Of a DNA stretch of 64,000 nt, positions 29,540 to 40,217 are shown piece after piece (position 1 is the first letter of the stretch; each line of letters begins with the position of its first letter). Source of the stretch: Opitutus sp. GAS368 (GTDB lineage Bacteria > Verrucomicrobiota > Verrucomicrobiia > Opitutales > Opitutaceae); NCBI GenBank assembly GCA_945882935.1, contig CAMCWW010000002.1, positions 26,274 through 90,273 of the forward strand, in the 5' to 3' direction. The notes under the pieces are model-generated. The model did no database searches and was not told the origin of the DNA. It saw nothing but the letters and a program-made list of their open reading frames with translations. Made by a program: the position numbers and the translations under genes.

Positions 29540-30271
29540 ATGAACCGCCTCCTGCTCGTCCTCAGCCTCTGCGCTTTTACGGTAAGCGGCTCGTTGGGCG
29601 CGCTCTATTGGCAGTCCCTTGAGACCCGCCGCGATCTCGCCACCCGCAACACCGCGCTCGATGGCCAGCTCGCCGCCTCCCGCGAGATTGCCTCCTCCTT
29701 CCAAAAACAAGCCGTCGTCGCCGGCGCCCAACTCGAGGTCGCCCAATCCTTGCTCTCCACCGCCGAGTCCCGCACCACCCAACTCGCCAACGATCTCGCC
29801 GCCTCGCGCTCCGCGCTCGTCGCCCGCGAACAAGCCGAGCGCACCCTGCGCGACGAACTCACTTCGCTCCGCCAAGACCTCGCCGACACCCGCGCCGCCA
29901 CCATCCCGCCCGCCCAGGTCGAGGCCTACAAGTCCACCATCGCCGAGCTTGAGCGCCAGCTCGCCACGGCCAAAAACGGCGCCGCCGTGCCGACTGCCGC
30001 CGGCGCCTCGACCGCCGTCTTCTCCAGCCGTGCCGGCCGCAACTCCGCCGCGGTGATGAGCGTCGGCCCCGACAACGCCTTCGTCGTTCTCAACTACGGC
30101 GCCAACCGCGGCGCCCAAGTCGGCCAGCGCTTCGCTATCCGTAGCGGCTCGGATTTGCTCGCTACCGTCAGCCTGAGCGACGTGCGTTCGCAGTTTTCCA
30201 TCGCGCAGGTGGAACCGGATTCATTGCGCGGCGTCTTGCACAAAGGCGATTTGGCCCTACTCACTCCTTAA
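29540..30271 (+). CDS. Secreted or anchored coiled-coil protein of unknown function
   Basis: N-terminal hydrophobic MNRLLLVLSLCAFTVSG. About 130 aa of Ala/Leu/Gln/Glu-rich heptad-like sequence. C-terminal ~80-aa beta-rich domain. Confidence 0.55.
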   Translation: MNRLLLVLSLCAFTVSGSLGALYWQSLETRRDLATRNTALDGQLAASREIASSFQKQAVVAGAQLEVAQSLLSTAESRTTQLANDLAASRSALVAREQAERTLRDELTSLRQDLADTRAATIPPAQVEAYKSTIAELERQLATAKNGAAVPTAAGASTAVFSSRAGRNSAAVMSVGPDNAFVVLNYGANRGAQVGQRFAIRSGSDLLATVSLSDVRSQFSIAQVEPDSLRGVLHKGDLALLTP

Positions 30272-30281
30272 CTAATCTACG

Positions 30282-30446
30282 ATGAACTCGCTCAAAAAAT
30301 CCCTCCTGTTCCTGCTTCTTGCCACCTTCGGCGCCCTCTTTGGCGGCTGCGAAACCCGCCGTCAGAAAGACACCGCCATCCCATGGAGCCGCCCCGCCGG
30401 TTGGGAAGGCCAAATCCCCGGGATGGGCCAACAGGGCGGCCGCTAA
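30282..30446 (+). CDS. Small (54 aa) putative lipoprotein, absent from the ORF track
   Basis: My translation is MNSLKKSLLFLLLATFGALFGGCETRRQKDTAIPWSRPAGWEGQIPGMGQQGGR*. It has a signal peptide with a lipobox-like LFGGC. It starts 10 nt after the preceding stop and is followed by a strong terminator. Confidence 0.5.
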   Translation: MNSLKKSLLFLLLATFGALFGGCETRRQKDTAIPWSRPAGWEGQIPGMGQQGGR

Positions 30447-30535
30447 GTCGCTTCCCCTTCGCCTCGTCTTCCTTCGTGGCGGACGGGGTGAAGCGGCGGG
30501 TTCGCCAAACTCCCTCGCCACTTCCCTCTCGCCAT

Positions 30536-30559
30536 ATCCGGCCTCGCGCCGGATTTTTT
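30536..30559 (+). terminator. Rho-independent terminator
   Basis: ATCCGGC-ctcgc-GCCGGAT forms a perfect 7-bp stem, followed by T6. Confidence 0.75.
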
Positions 30560-30569
30560 GTGCCCACGC

Positions 30570-31292
30570 ATGACCGAGCCCGCTACCAATCCTTCGCTCA
30601 TTCCGTCGCCCGGCACGCTCTACGTCGTCGCCACGCCCATCGGCAATCTCGCCGATCTCACCGAACGCGCCCGCGCCATCCTCGGCGCCGTTGATCTCGT
30701 CGCCTGCGAAGACACCCGCACCACCGGCGGCCTGCTCACGCGCTTCGGCCTGCACCGGCCGCTCGTTTCCTATCACGACCACAACGAGACCGCCGCCGCG
30801 GAATTCATCGCGCAAAAAATCGCCGCCGGGCAATCCGTGGCCCTCGTCAGCGACGCCGGGACGCCCGCCATCAGCGATCCCGGTTTCCGTCTCGTGCGCG
30901 CCTGCCGCCGCCTCGGCCTGCCGGTGATCCCCGTGCCCGGCGCCTGCGCGGTCGCGGCCGTCCTCAGCGCCAGCGGTCTCCCCACCAACGGTTTTCTCTT
31001 CGCTGGTTTTCTCGTCGCAAAAACCTCTGCCCGCACCGCGTTCTTGGAAAAATACCGCACCTTCGAGTTCACCCTCGCGCTTTACGAGAGCTGCCACCGG
31101 ATCGACAAATTCGCCGCCGAAATTGTCGAAAAACTCGGGCCCGATCGCGTCATCTGTATCGCCCGCGAAGTGACCAAGCTCCACGAAACCTGGCACGTCG
31201 GCCGCGCCGCCGATGTCCGCGAGCGGCTGCTCAAAGGCAGTCTCAAGGGCGAATTCGTCGTCCTGATCGCCCCCGCCGACTTCGTGCTTTAG
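30570..31292 (+). CDS. rsmI: 16S rRNA (cytidine1402-2'-O)-methyltransferase
   Basis: LYVVATPIGNLADLTERA...LVACEDTR and VSDAGTPAISDPG motifs. ATG at 30570 is preferred over TTG at 30558, which lies inside the terminator T-tract. Confidence 0.9.
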   Translation: MTEPATNPSLIPSPGTLYVVATPIGNLADLTERARAILGAVDLVACEDTRTTGGLLTRFGLHRPLVSYHDHNETAAAEFIAQKIAAGQSVALVSDAGTPAISDPGFRLVRACRRLGLPVIPVPGACAVAAVLSASGLPTNGFLFAGFLVAKTSARTAFLEKYRTFEFTLALYESCHRIDKFAAEIVEKLGPDRVICIAREVTKLHETWHVGRAADVRERLLKGSLKGEFVVLIAPADFVL

Positions 31293-31359
31293 TCCCCGCT
31301 AACGCTCCGAAAGCTATGTCGGCTTTTCTTTCGAGGGTTTCGTGTATTTTGTGGCAGCC

Positions 31360-32295
31360 ATGTCCGGTCCCTCCGTCGCCGTCATCGATATCGGTTCGAA
31401 TTCCATAAAAATTCTCGTGGCGGCGCGCGACGCCGCCGGTGGACTTAGCTCGCGCCACTACCGCACGATCGACGCGCGGATCAGCGCCGGCATCAGCCGC
31501 GCCGAACCCCGCCTCACCGCCGAAGGGATGGCGCGAGGCCTCGACGCCATCCGTTCTCTCTTGGCCGACGCCGCCACCCACTCGCCGGCCAAACCCATCC
31601 TCGTCGCCACCAGCGCCGTCCGCGACGCGCTCAACGGTGCCGAATTTATCGCCCAAGTCCTCGCCGCCACCGGCCACCCGATCCGACTGCTCTCCGGCGA
31701 CGAGGAAGCCAAGCTCATCGGCCGCGGTCTCACCTGTGATCCCGCCCTCGGTGATTTGCGCGACTTCTACGTCTTCGACCTCGGCGGCGGGAGCTTGGAG
31801 TGCCTCGCGTTTCGCGACCGCCGGATCGAGCAAGCCGTGAGTCTGCAACTCGGCTGCGTGCGCCTCACTGAAAAATTGGTTCAGGACCCGACAGCCCCGC
31901 TCACCACCCACCAAGCCATCGCGATCGCCACCCACACCCGCGACCTCATCGGGCGCTCCGGCTTTAAATTCTCCCTTCCGCCGACGGCCACCGCCATCGG
32001 CACCGGCGGCACTTTCAGCGCCGTGCGCACGATTCATGGCGCCCGTGATGGCCACGCCCTCGCCCAGACCGCGACAAACCTCCCCCTCGCGAGCCTGTGC
32101 ACGCTCCTTGATGACTTGGGTAAACTCCCGCTCGTTGACCGAAAGAAAATCCCGGGCCTGCCCCCCGCCCGCGCCGATGTTTTTCCGACTGCCCTCGCGA
32201 CCGTAATCACCTTGGCCGAACTGGGGAATTTTTCAGCCTTCGAGAACTCACTTTATAATCTCCGCTGGGGCATCGCTGCCGAAGCACTGGACTAG
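31360..32295 (+). CDS. Ppx/GppA family phosphatase (exopolyphosphatase-like)
   Basis: VAVIDIGSNSIKILVA, ATSAVRDA and DLGGGSLE motifs (ASKHA fold). Confidence 0.88.
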   Translation: MSGPSVAVIDIGSNSIKILVAARDAAGGLSSRHYRTIDARISAGISRAEPRLTAEGMARGLDAIRSLLADAATHSPAKPILVATSAVRDALNGAEFIAQVLAATGHPIRLLSGDEEAKLIGRGLTCDPALGDLRDFYVFDLGGGSLECLAFRDRRIEQAVSLQLGCVRLTEKLVQDPTAPLTTHQAIAIATHTRDLIGRSGFKFSLPPTATAIGTGGTFSAVRTIHGARDGHALAQTATNLPLASLCTLLDDLGKLPLVDRKKIPGLPPARADVFPTALATVITLAELGNFSAFENSLYNLRWGIAAEALD

Positions 32296-32357
32296 AAACT
32301 TAAAACCCGACCGACCGCCGGTGCCCGCGCAAAATCAGCCCGCACTTTTTGCCAGCC

Positions 32358-34421
32358 ATGCCCCCACGTTTTCATCCCGCCGTCACGTTTTTTTGGCTGT
32401 GTATCACGGTCGTCACCAGCTCGGCGCAACCCGTCGCGACGCTCATCCCGCTACCTGAGGGCTGGAGACTCGCGACCGAGTTCATGGCGGATTTTCCCCG
32501 CGAAGGCCTGCAACTCTGCGTCTTGGAAACCGCCCCGCCCGCCCCGCCGACCAAGGTATTTTGCCTCGCATGGGATCCCACCGCACCGACCGTGGCTTTA
32601 AAGCCGGTGTTGGCCGCAACCCCTCGCACACCCACGCAGTTCGCCGCGCAGGAACCCGGCAAAGTTTTTGCCGCTATAAACGCCGGCTACTTCGGCGGCA
32701 ACCAGTCGTTCTCGCTCGTGCAACACGCCGGAGTCGTGGCCTCGCCCAACGTAAAGTCGCTCACGCGCACATTTCAGGGTGCCTCTGTGCCCTACTTCCC
32801 CACCCGCGCCGCATTTGGCCTCACCAACTCGGGTCGCCCCACCACCGACTGGATCTACAGCGTCGGCACCGGCAACACCCCTGTTTTTGCCTACCCCGCA
32901 CCGAGCCCGAACCGCCTCGGGGTTGCTCCGCAACCGGTGCCTACCGCGGCGTCGCCTGCCGGAGGCGTGCCGTGGATCATGGAACACGCCATCGGTGGCT
33001 CACCCATGCTCATCAAAGACGGCGAGATCCACGTGACCGATGCCGAGGAGTTGATCGAAATCAACAACACCACCTCCCGTCCCCGGTCCGCGATCGGCTA
33101 CACCGCCTCCGGCATCGTGCTCTTCGTCGCAGCCGAGGGCGACAACGCCCCCGGGCCCGCCGGTTTTAATCTAGTCCAATTCGCCACGCTTCTCCGCTCC
33201 CTCGGCTGCGTCGGCGCGGTAAACTTGGACGGCGGCGGCTCGACCTCGCTCGTCATCGGCGAACAACGCACCGTGCGGCCCAGCGGCGGCAACGAGCGCG
33301 CCGTTATCTCCGCCCTCCTGCTGGTCGAGCCCGCGTCGAAAAATCCAGCCACCGACGCTCCGCAAATCACCCATCAGCCTTGGGATATTCCCGTCGCCAT
33401 CGGCACGACCGCCACGCTCCAAGTTGCCGCCACAGGGGGCGGCCTCAGTTACCTCTGGTCGCGCAACGGCATCCCCATCCCCGGGGCGACGCTCGCCAGC
33501 TACACCCTCGCGGCCGCTTCCGCCGCCTCGGTCGGCACCTACACGGCGACCGTCTCCAGTTCCCTCGGCTCCGTCACGAGCCGTGCCGCTGCGGTCTCCG
33601 TCGTGACGAGTCCGCCCGGCGAACTCTCCAGCCTGTCCACGCGGGCCGACTCCGGCTTGGGGGCCGACGTGCTCATCGGCGGCTTCTTCCTGCGCACCGC
33701 GTCCGGATCGGTCCTCGCCCGCGGCATCGGCCCCGGCCTTATGCCATTCGGCGTCGTCGGTTTCCTGCCCGACCCGCACATCAATTTGCTCACCGGTGCC
33801 GGAGTTTCTCTAGCGACCAACGACAATTGGAACGCCTCTTCCATCACCCCCGTCGCAACTGCGCTCGGTGCCTTTGCCCTTTCCCCCGGCAGCTTGGATG
33901 CTGCGCTCGTGCAATCCGTCTCGCCCGGCGCACACAGCGTCGTCGCTTCAGGCCAAGGCGATAATCCGACTGGCAACGTTCTGATCGAGCTCTACATCGC
34001 GTCGCCCGCTGGCTCGGGTCAGGGCGTGCTTGCCAGTCTCTCCGCCCGCGCCCGCGTGAGCGCCGAGAACGGCGCGCTCATCGCCGGCTTTTTCATCCGG
34101 GGCCAAGCCTCGCTCACGGTTCTCATCCGCGGAATCGGACCGGCCCTGTTCCCCTTCGGCGTGAGCGATGCGCTACCCTCGACCCGGCTTTCGCTCGTTC
34201 GCGAGGGCGAAACCCAATTCATCAACACCGGCTGGGCCTCGGCGGCCAACGCCCTCGAACTTCGTGCAGCCGCCCGCCAAACCGGAGCCTTCCCACTTTT
34301 TCCCGGCAGCGCCGACTCTGCTTTGCTCGTCACCCTTGCTCCTGGCGCTTACACGGCCGTGATCGAATCCCCCACCGGGGCCGGGGGCGTCGCCCTCGTG
34401 GAGGTTTACGAGATCCGGTAG
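32358..34421 (+). CDS. Secreted multidomain protein: phosphodiester glycosidase (DUF2233/NAGPA-like) + Ig-like domain + two VEVYE-type repeat modules
   Basis: Signal peptide present. AINAGYFGG, GGSPMLIKDGE, RSAIGYT and NLDGGGSTSL fit DUF2233. An Ig-like segment has ...GTYTATVSS.... Two ~125-aa modules follow: LS(S/A)R...LI(G/A)GFF(L/I)R...RGIGP(G/A)L.PFGV...PG(A)..(S/A)V...(IELY/VEVYE). Confidence 0.75.
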   Translation: MPPRFHPAVTFFWLCITVVTSSAQPVATLIPLPEGWRLATEFMADFPREGLQLCVLETAPPAPPTKVFCLAWDPTAPTVALKPVLAATPRTPTQFAAQEPGKVFAAINAGYFGGNQSFSLVQHAGVVASPNVKSLTRTFQGASVPYFPTRAAFGLTNSGRPTTDWIYSVGTGNTPVFAYPAPSPNRLGVAPQPVPTAASPAGGVPWIMEHAIGGSPMLIKDGEIHVTDAEELIEINNTTSRPRSAIGYTASGIVLFVAAEGDNAPGPAGFNLVQFATLLRSLGCVGAVNLDGGGSTSLVIGEQRTVRPSGGNERAVISALLLVEPASKNPATDAPQITHQPWDIPVAIGTTATLQVAATGGGLSYLWSRNGIPIPGATLASYTLAAASAASVGTYTATVSSSLGSVTSRAAAVSVVTSPPGELSSLSTRADSGLGADVLIGGFFLRTASGSVLARGIGPGLMPFGVVGFLPDPHINLLTGAGVSLATNDNWNASSITPVATALGAFALSPGSLDAALVQSVSPGAHSVVASGQGDNPTGNVLIELYIASPAGSGQGVLASLSARARVSAENGALIAGFFIRGQASLTVLIRGIGPALFPFGVSDALPSTRLSLVREGETQFINTGWASAANALELRAAARQTGAFPLFPGSADSALLVTLAPGAYTAVIESPTGAGGVALVEVYEIR

Positions 34422-34428
34422 AGTCCCG

Positions 34429-35466
34429 TTACGCTTCCCGCACGTGCGCCGGAGGTGGCACCGGTTTACCTTTTCGCTTCACCGGCTCGGCCGCGATCAG
34501 CTTCCGCTTCTCTTCGCTGCGGGTGAGCTTACGCAGTTGCGCCAGTTGGGTTTCAAAATCTGCCGGCAACGGGGCCTTCAGGTCCAGAATTTTTCCCGAG
34601 ATCGGATGCGTCACCACGATGTGCTCCGCGTGCAACATCACCCGTTCCGGTTGCTTCGGCAGACGGGGGTCGGGCTTCCATCCGTAGATCTCGTCACCCA
34701 AAACCGTGTGCCCGAGCGCCTTCATGTGGACGCGGATCTGGTGCGTTCGGCCGGTGTGAATCGTGCAACGCATCAGCGTCGCAATCTTCCCGAATCCTTC
34801 CACTACCGCCCAATCGGTGTGCGCGTCGCGGCCGCGGCCGCTTTCGTCCTCCTCGTCGATGGCCGTCATCTTGTGCCGGTGCTGCTGATTGCGCCCGATC
34901 GCCTTTTTCATGCTACCGCTCAACAGACCAGGCGCGCCCGTCACGAGCGTGAGATATTCTTTCTGCAACTCGCGTTCCTTGAACTGCTCCGCGAGCCCAC
35001 GGTGCGCGAGGTCGCTCTTCGCCACCAAAATCACCCCCGAGGTTTCGCGGTCCAACCGGTGCACGATGCCCGGCCGTTCGACGCCACCGACCCCGCTCAA
35101 CTTGCCTTTACAGTGCGCGAGGAGCGCATGGACGAGAGTATCGTCCCGCGTGCCCGCCCCGGGATGCACGACCATGCCCGCGGCCTTGTTGATCGCGAGC
35201 ATGTGCTTGTCCTCAAAAATCACTTCCAGCGGAATCTCCACCGCCCGCACCCCCGAGGGAATCAGATCGGGAAAAGCAAAACTGATCTCCATGCCACCCG
35301 CGACTTCTTGGTCCCGTGGAATCGGCTTTCCCGCCATCCGCACCAGACCCGCGTCAAACGAGCGGTGAAACGCCACGCGGCTGTGCTCGGGGAACGCCCG
35401 GGCAAGAATTTTATCGGCGCGGTTGCGGCGGATGGTAGGCGGAATGAGGTAGATTTGTTCGGTCAC
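34429..35466 (-). CDS. rluD: RluA-family 23S rRNA pseudouridine synthase (RluD-like, with S4 domain)
   Basis: HRLDRETSGVILVAK catalytic Asp context. GTG at 35466 (VTEQIYLIPP...) lies 18 nt after the upstream stop. The listed ATG at 35601 would overlap the deaminase gene by 118 nt. Confidence 0.85.
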   Translation of the reverse strand: MTEQIYLIPPTIRRNRADKILARAFPEHSRVAFHRSFDAGLVRMAGKPIPRDQEVAGGMEISFAFPDLIPSGVRAVEIPLEVIFEDKHMLAINKAAGMVVHPGAGTRDDTLVHALLAHCKGKLSGVGGVERPGIVHRLDRETSGVILVAKSDLAHRGLAEQFKERELQKEYLTLVTGAPGLLSGSMKKAIGRNQQHRHKMTAIDEEDESGRGRDAHTDWAVVEGFGKIATLMRCTIHTGRTHQIRVHMKALGHTVLGDEIYGWKPDPRLPKQPERVMLHAEHIVVTHPISGKILDLKAPLPADFETQLAQLRKLTRSEEKRKLIAAEPVKRKGKPVPPPAHVREA

Positions 35467-35483
35467 GGATTTTTGCGGGCGGA

Positions 35484-36467
35484 TCACCCGGTCATCACCA
35501 TCGCCAACCGGTCGATCTCCGCGAGCCACTTCTGTCGGACCGCTCCCGGCACGTCCGCCACGGCCCAACCGTTGCATGCCAATTGAGCAAGTTCCCCGCA
35601 AGAAAATCCGGCCTCATTGAACAGCGCCAGATACTCGTCGCTCACCCGGTTCGCAAAAACCAGCGGATAATCCGTGCTCACCGTGCAACGCACACCCGCC
35701 TGCATCAGCCGTCGCAACGGATGCTCGGCCAGTGTGGGCACCACCCGCAGTTTCAGATTGCTGATCGGACAGGTATCAAACGTCACCCCGCGGTCCCGCG
35801 CCAACGCGACCACCGCCGCATCCTCAATCGCCCGGATCCCATGCTGCACCCGGGTCACGCCCAAGAGCTCGATGGCCTCGCGCACCCGGTGCGGCCCGTC
35901 GAATTCCCCAGCGTGGGCCTTCGTCACTTTCCCTGCCGCCCGCAGCCGGGCCCAGACCTTGGCCGTCCACGGTTCGGTCGGCAGCGACTCCAGCCCGTGC
36001 AAATCCACGCCCGCGAGGTCGTCCCAGTTCTCCAAGTCGTCGATCACCGCCTGCATCGCCCCGGCGTAATCCGTCCGCAACATGCCCGCAAAGATCCGCA
36101 CCTCCAATCCCGGAGGCACCGCCGCCCTAATCGCCGCAATGATCTCGCGGCCGGGGACGCCGATGAACTGCGTGATCAGCAGGTGGAAACTTGTTTCCAC
36201 ATAGCGCACGTTCTCGACGACCTGCCGGGCAAACGTCACCCGGGCCGATTCATAGTAACGCTCCGCCGAGATGAACCACGGCAGCGCATGCCCGAGCAAA
36301 ATCTCGTCGAATTTCTGGAAATTCGGAAACCGGTAGTCCGGTTCGTGGAAAAACGGCGCCGCCGGATAGGTGTCCGACTGCCACGCCCGCAGCAGGTGAT
36401 ACGGCAAGCCGGCCTCGATGTGGAGGTGCGTCTCGGTCTTCGGCAGCGCTTGGACGAAGTCACGCAC
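35484..36467 (-). CDS. add: Adenosine/adenine deaminase family amidohydrolase
   Basis: [20 protein letters not shown] and STDYP motifs. Confidence 0.85.
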   Translation of the reverse strand: MRDFVQALPKTETHLHIEAGLPYHLLRAWQSDTYPAAPFFHEPDYRFPNFQKFDEILLGHALPWFISAERYYESARVTFARQVVENVRYVETSFHLLITQFIGVPGREIIAAIRAAVPPGLEVRIFAGMLRTDYAGAMQAVIDDLENWDDLAGVDLHGLESLPTEPWTAKVWARLRAAGKVTKAHAGEFDGPHRVREAIELLGVTRVQHGIRAIEDAAVVALARDRGVTFDTCPISNLKLRVVPTLAEHPLRRLMQAGVRCTVSTDYPLVFANRVSDEYLALFNEAGFSCGELAQLACNGWAVADVPGAVRQKWLAEIDRLAMVMTG

Positions 36468-36523
36468 GGCAGCTTGAGGGAGGAGCCCGCTTGCGGGCGA
36501 TTAGATCGCGCGCAGGCGCGCTC

Positions 36524-37645
36524 CTACTTCTTCCCCAGCAGATAGTCCGGATTCAACTTGTTGAGCGCCTTCGGCACAAAAATGCCGTCCTTGCGGATCA
36601 ACTTGCCGTCGAACCAGATTTCGCCGCCGCCATACTCGGGCCGCTGGATGCACACCATGTCCCAATGCACTTGGGATTTATTCCCGTTGCCGACGCCTTC
36701 GTAGGCTTGCCCGGGCGTGAAGTGGAATGAGCCCGCGATCTTTTCGTCGAAAAGGATATCGCGCATCGGTTCGAGAATGTGCGGATTGAAGCCGATCGCG
36801 AACTCGCCGATGTAGCGCGCCCCGGCGTCGCTGTCCAAAATCTCATTGAGGCGCTTCGTGTTGTTGGCAGTCGCTTCGACGATTTTCCCTTTTTTGAAAA
36901 CTAGCCGGATATTGTCGAACGAAGCGCCGAGGTAGACCGTCGGCGCGTTATACTGGATCACGCCTTCGACGGAGTCCTTCACCGGGCACGAGAAAACTTC
37001 GCCGTCGGGGATGTTCCGCAGGCCGCCGCAGGGCTGCGAGCCGATGCCCTTGATGGAAAACGTGAGATCGGTCCCCGCGCCCTTGATCTGCACGCGGTCG
37101 GTCTTCGCCATCAGATCGCCCAGCGCTTTCATGCCGGGCGTGAGCAGGCTGTAGTCGAGATTGCAGACCTTGAAATAGAAATCCTCAAACGCCTCGGTGC
37201 TCTTGCCTGCCTGTTGCGCCATCGCCGAAGTCGGCCAACGCAGCACGACCCATTTGGTCTTGCCCACGCGGTGGTCGAGCACGGGTTTCATCAGCCGGGA
37301 GATCAGCTGTGTCCGCGCCGAAGGCACGTCGGAGTTTTCAAAAATGTTATCCGCGCCGCGCAGGGCGATGTAGGCGTCCATCTTCTGCATCCGCTGCAAT
37401 TCGACGGCAGCGTGGGGCTCGTATTGCGCCTCAGTCGCGCCGAGCGCGAGCTCGCGCGAGACCCGCGCCCGGTGCAACTGCACGTAAGGGGTCGCGCCTC
37501 GGGCTCGGGTCGCGCGCACAAGGGCGATGACCATCGCGTCGGGCACGTCGAAAGCATCAATGAGCACGCGTTCACCCGGTTTAAGGGCGGTAGAAAATCC
37601 GGTGAGACCGGCGGCAAGCTGGGTGTAACGGGGGTCGATGATCAT
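36524..37645 (-). CDS. Aminopeptidase, peptidase family M29 (AmpS/PepS-like)
   Basis: [11 protein letters not shown]...GERVLID... and C-terminal [11 protein letters not shown]...[10 protein letters not shown]. The internal ATG at 37645 is preferred. Confidence 0.85.
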   Translation of the reverse strand: MIIDPRYTQLAAGLTGFSTALKPGERVLIDAFDVPDAMVIALVRATRARGATPYVQLHRARVSRELALGATEAQYEPHAAVELQRMQKMDAYIALRGADNIFENSDVPSARTQLISRLMKPVLDHRVGKTKWVVLRWPTSAMAQQAGKSTEAFEDFYFKVCNLDYSLLTPGMKALGDLMAKTDRVQIKGAGTDLTFSIKGIGSQPCGGLRNIPDGEVFSCPVKDSVEGVIQYNAPTVYLGASFDNIRLVFKKGKIVEATANNTKRLNEILDSDAGARYIGEFAIGFNPHILEPMRDILFDEKIAGSFHFTPGQAYEGVGNGNKSQVHWDMVCIQRPEYGGGEIWFDGKLIRKDGIFVPKALNKLNPDYLLGKK

Positions 37646-37697
37646 ATAAATTAAGGACTCAGCTAACGTCACGCCGCCCGCCGCCTGCAAGCGAAAG

Positions 37698-38900
37698 CTA
37701 CCGCATCCCGTCCCGCGGAAAACAAATGCGGCCCACGGCTTCTTCGAAGTCCGCTGCACCCCGGATGATGTCGATCTCAAGCCGCAGATAGAAGAGCGGC
37801 AACGGACACGCCCTAGTTTCCGCGATGCGCACCGCGTCTTTCTCGGTCGTCACCAAGCACTCCGCGCCTTCGCGCTTAGCCGCAGCAAACAGCTCCGCTA
37901 AATCCTCCTCCTCGTAGCGATAATGGTCCAAGTAGCGCTCGCGGCCCATGACGAGCGCCCCGAGATCACGCAAAAATTTCTCGAAGCTTTCCGGCGTCGC
38001 GATGCCACTGAAAGCAAAGACCCGGCGCCCCTTCAGCCACACCAACGGCACGCGGGCCTCCGGCGCATCGACCGCGACACCGAAGCGTTGCAGATACTGC
38101 GGCCGGTGCGCGCACTCGATGATGTCGGCCTTCGGATTGTGCTCCCGAATCAGGGCCTCCAATTCGTTGTCCCGTTCGCCGTTTGATTTCGTCAGGAAAA
38201 TATAACTCGCCCGGTTCAGGTGCTTGATCGGTTCGCGCAGCACGCCGCGCGGCAGCATGTGGCCGTTGCCGAAGGGATTGGTCTTGTCCACCAGCAGCAG
38301 ATTCAACCGCCCCTTGAGCGGCAGATACTGGAAGCCGTCGTCCAAAATCAGGGTGTCGCAACCGAATTTCTTGATCGCATACGCGCCGGCCTTCACGCGG
38401 TTTTTGTCCACGAGCACGACGACTCCGGGCAGGTTTTTCGCCAACATGAACGGCTCGTCGCCGGCCGTCTCGCTATCGAGCAACACCTGCGCGCCGTCGC
38501 TCACGACCCGGGGCGGCTCCTCGGCTGTATGCGTGAGCTTAAACCACCATTTTTTCCAAAACGGCGGTGCCTTGCTTTTGTAGCCGCGGCTGAGGATGGC
38601 GACCTTGCGGCCCCGGTCGCGCAGCGCCCGCGCAAATTTTTCCACCACCGGTGTCTTGCCGGTGCCGCCGACGGTGAGATTGCCCACAACCACGACGAGA
38701 CAACCCAGCGGGTGGTCGTGGAAAATGCGGTGCCGATAGAGCCAAAGCCGAGTCTGCACGATCCCGTTGAACAACCACGACAGCGCCTGCAAAAACGCTC
38801 CATACACACTCGCTCCGGCATCCGCGCGCCGGTCGAGCACGATGTCCACCGTGTAGAGCTCAAACGTGCGAAACTTCTTCTTCAACCAGTGCAGCAGCAT
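37698..38900 (-). CDS. lpxK: Tetraacyldisaccharide 4'-kinase
   Basis: P-loop [19 protein letters not shown]. Start ATG at 38900 (MLLHWLKKK), alternative 38978. Confidence 0.9.
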   Translation of the reverse strand: MLLHWLKKKFRTFELYTVDIVLDRRADAGASVYGAFLQALSWLFNGIVQTRLWLYRHRIFHDHPLGCLVVVVGNLTVGGTGKTPVVEKFARALRDRGRKVAILSRGYKSKAPPFWKKWWFKLTHTAEEPPRVVSDGAQVLLDSETAGDEPFMLAKNLPGVVVLVDKNRVKAGAYAIKKFGCDTLILDDGFQYLPLKGRLNLLLVDKTNPFGNGHMLPRGVLREPIKHLNRASYIFLTKSNGERDNELEALIREHNPKADIIECAHRPQYLQRFGVAVDAPEARVPLVWLKGRRVFAFSGIATPESFEKFLRDLGALVMGRERYLDHYRYEEEDLAELFAAAKREGAECLVTTEKDAVRIAETRACPLPLFYLRLEIDIIRGAADFEEAVGRICFPRDGMR

Positions 38901-38989
38901 GGGGGGTTTATGGACGCGATGATGCCCGAGATGAAGGTTGACGGCCTCCGGCGCGTAAACTGTTTTCGCAACGCCCACGGGCCACTTTT

Positions 38990-40081
38990 ATGAGCTACAA
39001 ACTCTTCATCCCTGGCCCCATCGCCGTCTCGGAAAAAACGCTCCGCGCCATGGCGCAGCCCATGATCGGCCATCGCAGCACCGACTTTGTCGCGCTCTAC
39101 AATTCCATCCAGCCCGAGCTCCAAGCCCTGGCCGCCACGAAAGATCCGGTCTATCTCTCGACCAGCTCCGCGTGGGGCGTGATGGAAGGCGCCCTACGCA
39201 ACGTCTGCCAAAAGAAGGTGCTCACCTGCATGAACGGCGCGTTCTCCGACAAGTGGAACGATGTTGCCCTGCGCTGCGGGCTCGCCGCCACCGCCCTCAA
39301 GTTTGACTGGGGCCAACCCGTCGACCCCGAAGCTATCCGCCGCGAACTCGCCACCGGCGGTTACGACGCGATCACTCTCATTCACAATGAAACGTCCTGC
39401 GGCTGCATGAGCGATTTGTCGGCGATTATGGCCGTCCTGCGCGATTTCCCGGAGGTGATCTCGATCATCGACACCGTCAGTTCCTTCAGCGTGCTGCCCA
39501 TCCATAAGGACGAACTCGGCATCGACATCCTCATCACCGGTTCGCAAAAGGCCCTCGCCCTCCCGCCCGGGCTGGCGCTCTGCTCCGTCTCAAAACGCGC
39601 CCTCGAACGCGCCGCCAAATGCCCTACCCGCGGCTACTATTTCGACCTGATCGAGTTTCAAAAAAACCATGAGAATGGTATGACACCCAGTACCCCGGTC
39701 ATCCCGCTCATCTACGCCCTCAAGTCGAAGCTCGATGACATCAAAACCGAGGGCCTCGCCGCCCGCTTTGCCCGTCACACCCGCCTCAATTCCACCGTCC
39801 GCGACTTCGTTTTCGCCAAGGGTTTCAAGCTGTTCCCCAAGGAGGGCTACGGCTCGCTATCGTTGAATTGCTTCGCCAACACGCAAAACCTCGACCTCGG
39901 CGCGTTGAACAAAATTCTGAAATCGAAGCACGGCCTCGTGATCGACGGAGGCTACGGCAAACTGAAGGGAAAAACCTTCCGCATCTCCAACATGGGCGAC
40001 GAAACCGACGAAACCATCGCCGCGATGCTCAAATCCCTCGACGCCGCTCTCGCCGAAACCCCGAAGTCGGCGAACCCCTGA
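38990..40081 (+). CDS. Class V PLP-dependent aminotransferase (serine-pyruvate/alanine-glyoxylate type)
   Basis: MSYKLFIPGPIAVSE..., HNETSCG and ITGSQKALALPPG (PLP Lys) motifs. Confidence 0.85.
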   Translation: MSYKLFIPGPIAVSEKTLRAMAQPMIGHRSTDFVALYNSIQPELQALAATKDPVYLSTSSAWGVMEGALRNVCQKKVLTCMNGAFSDKWNDVALRCGLAATALKFDWGQPVDPEAIRRELATGGYDAITLIHNETSCGCMSDLSAIMAVLRDFPEVISIIDTVSSFSVLPIHKDELGIDILITGSQKALALPPGLALCSVSKRALERAAKCPTRGYYFDLIEFQKNHENGMTPSTPVIPLIYALKSKLDDIKTEGLAARFARHTRLNSTVRDFVFAKGFKLFPKEGYGSLSLNCFANTQNLDLGALNKILKSKHGLVIDGGYGKLKGKTFRISNMGDETDETIAAMLKSLDAALAETPKSANP

Positions 40082-40217
40082 CCCCGCCGAGTCCCGCCCA
40101 GGGGCTAGCCCGGCCGTGGGGTAGCCGCACATCCGAACAAGGCACTGCTCTTTGGTGGGGTCTTTGCCTGGGTCGATACCCAAGGTCGGCAACGTGAGTT
40201 AAGCGGTCACCTGCGTC

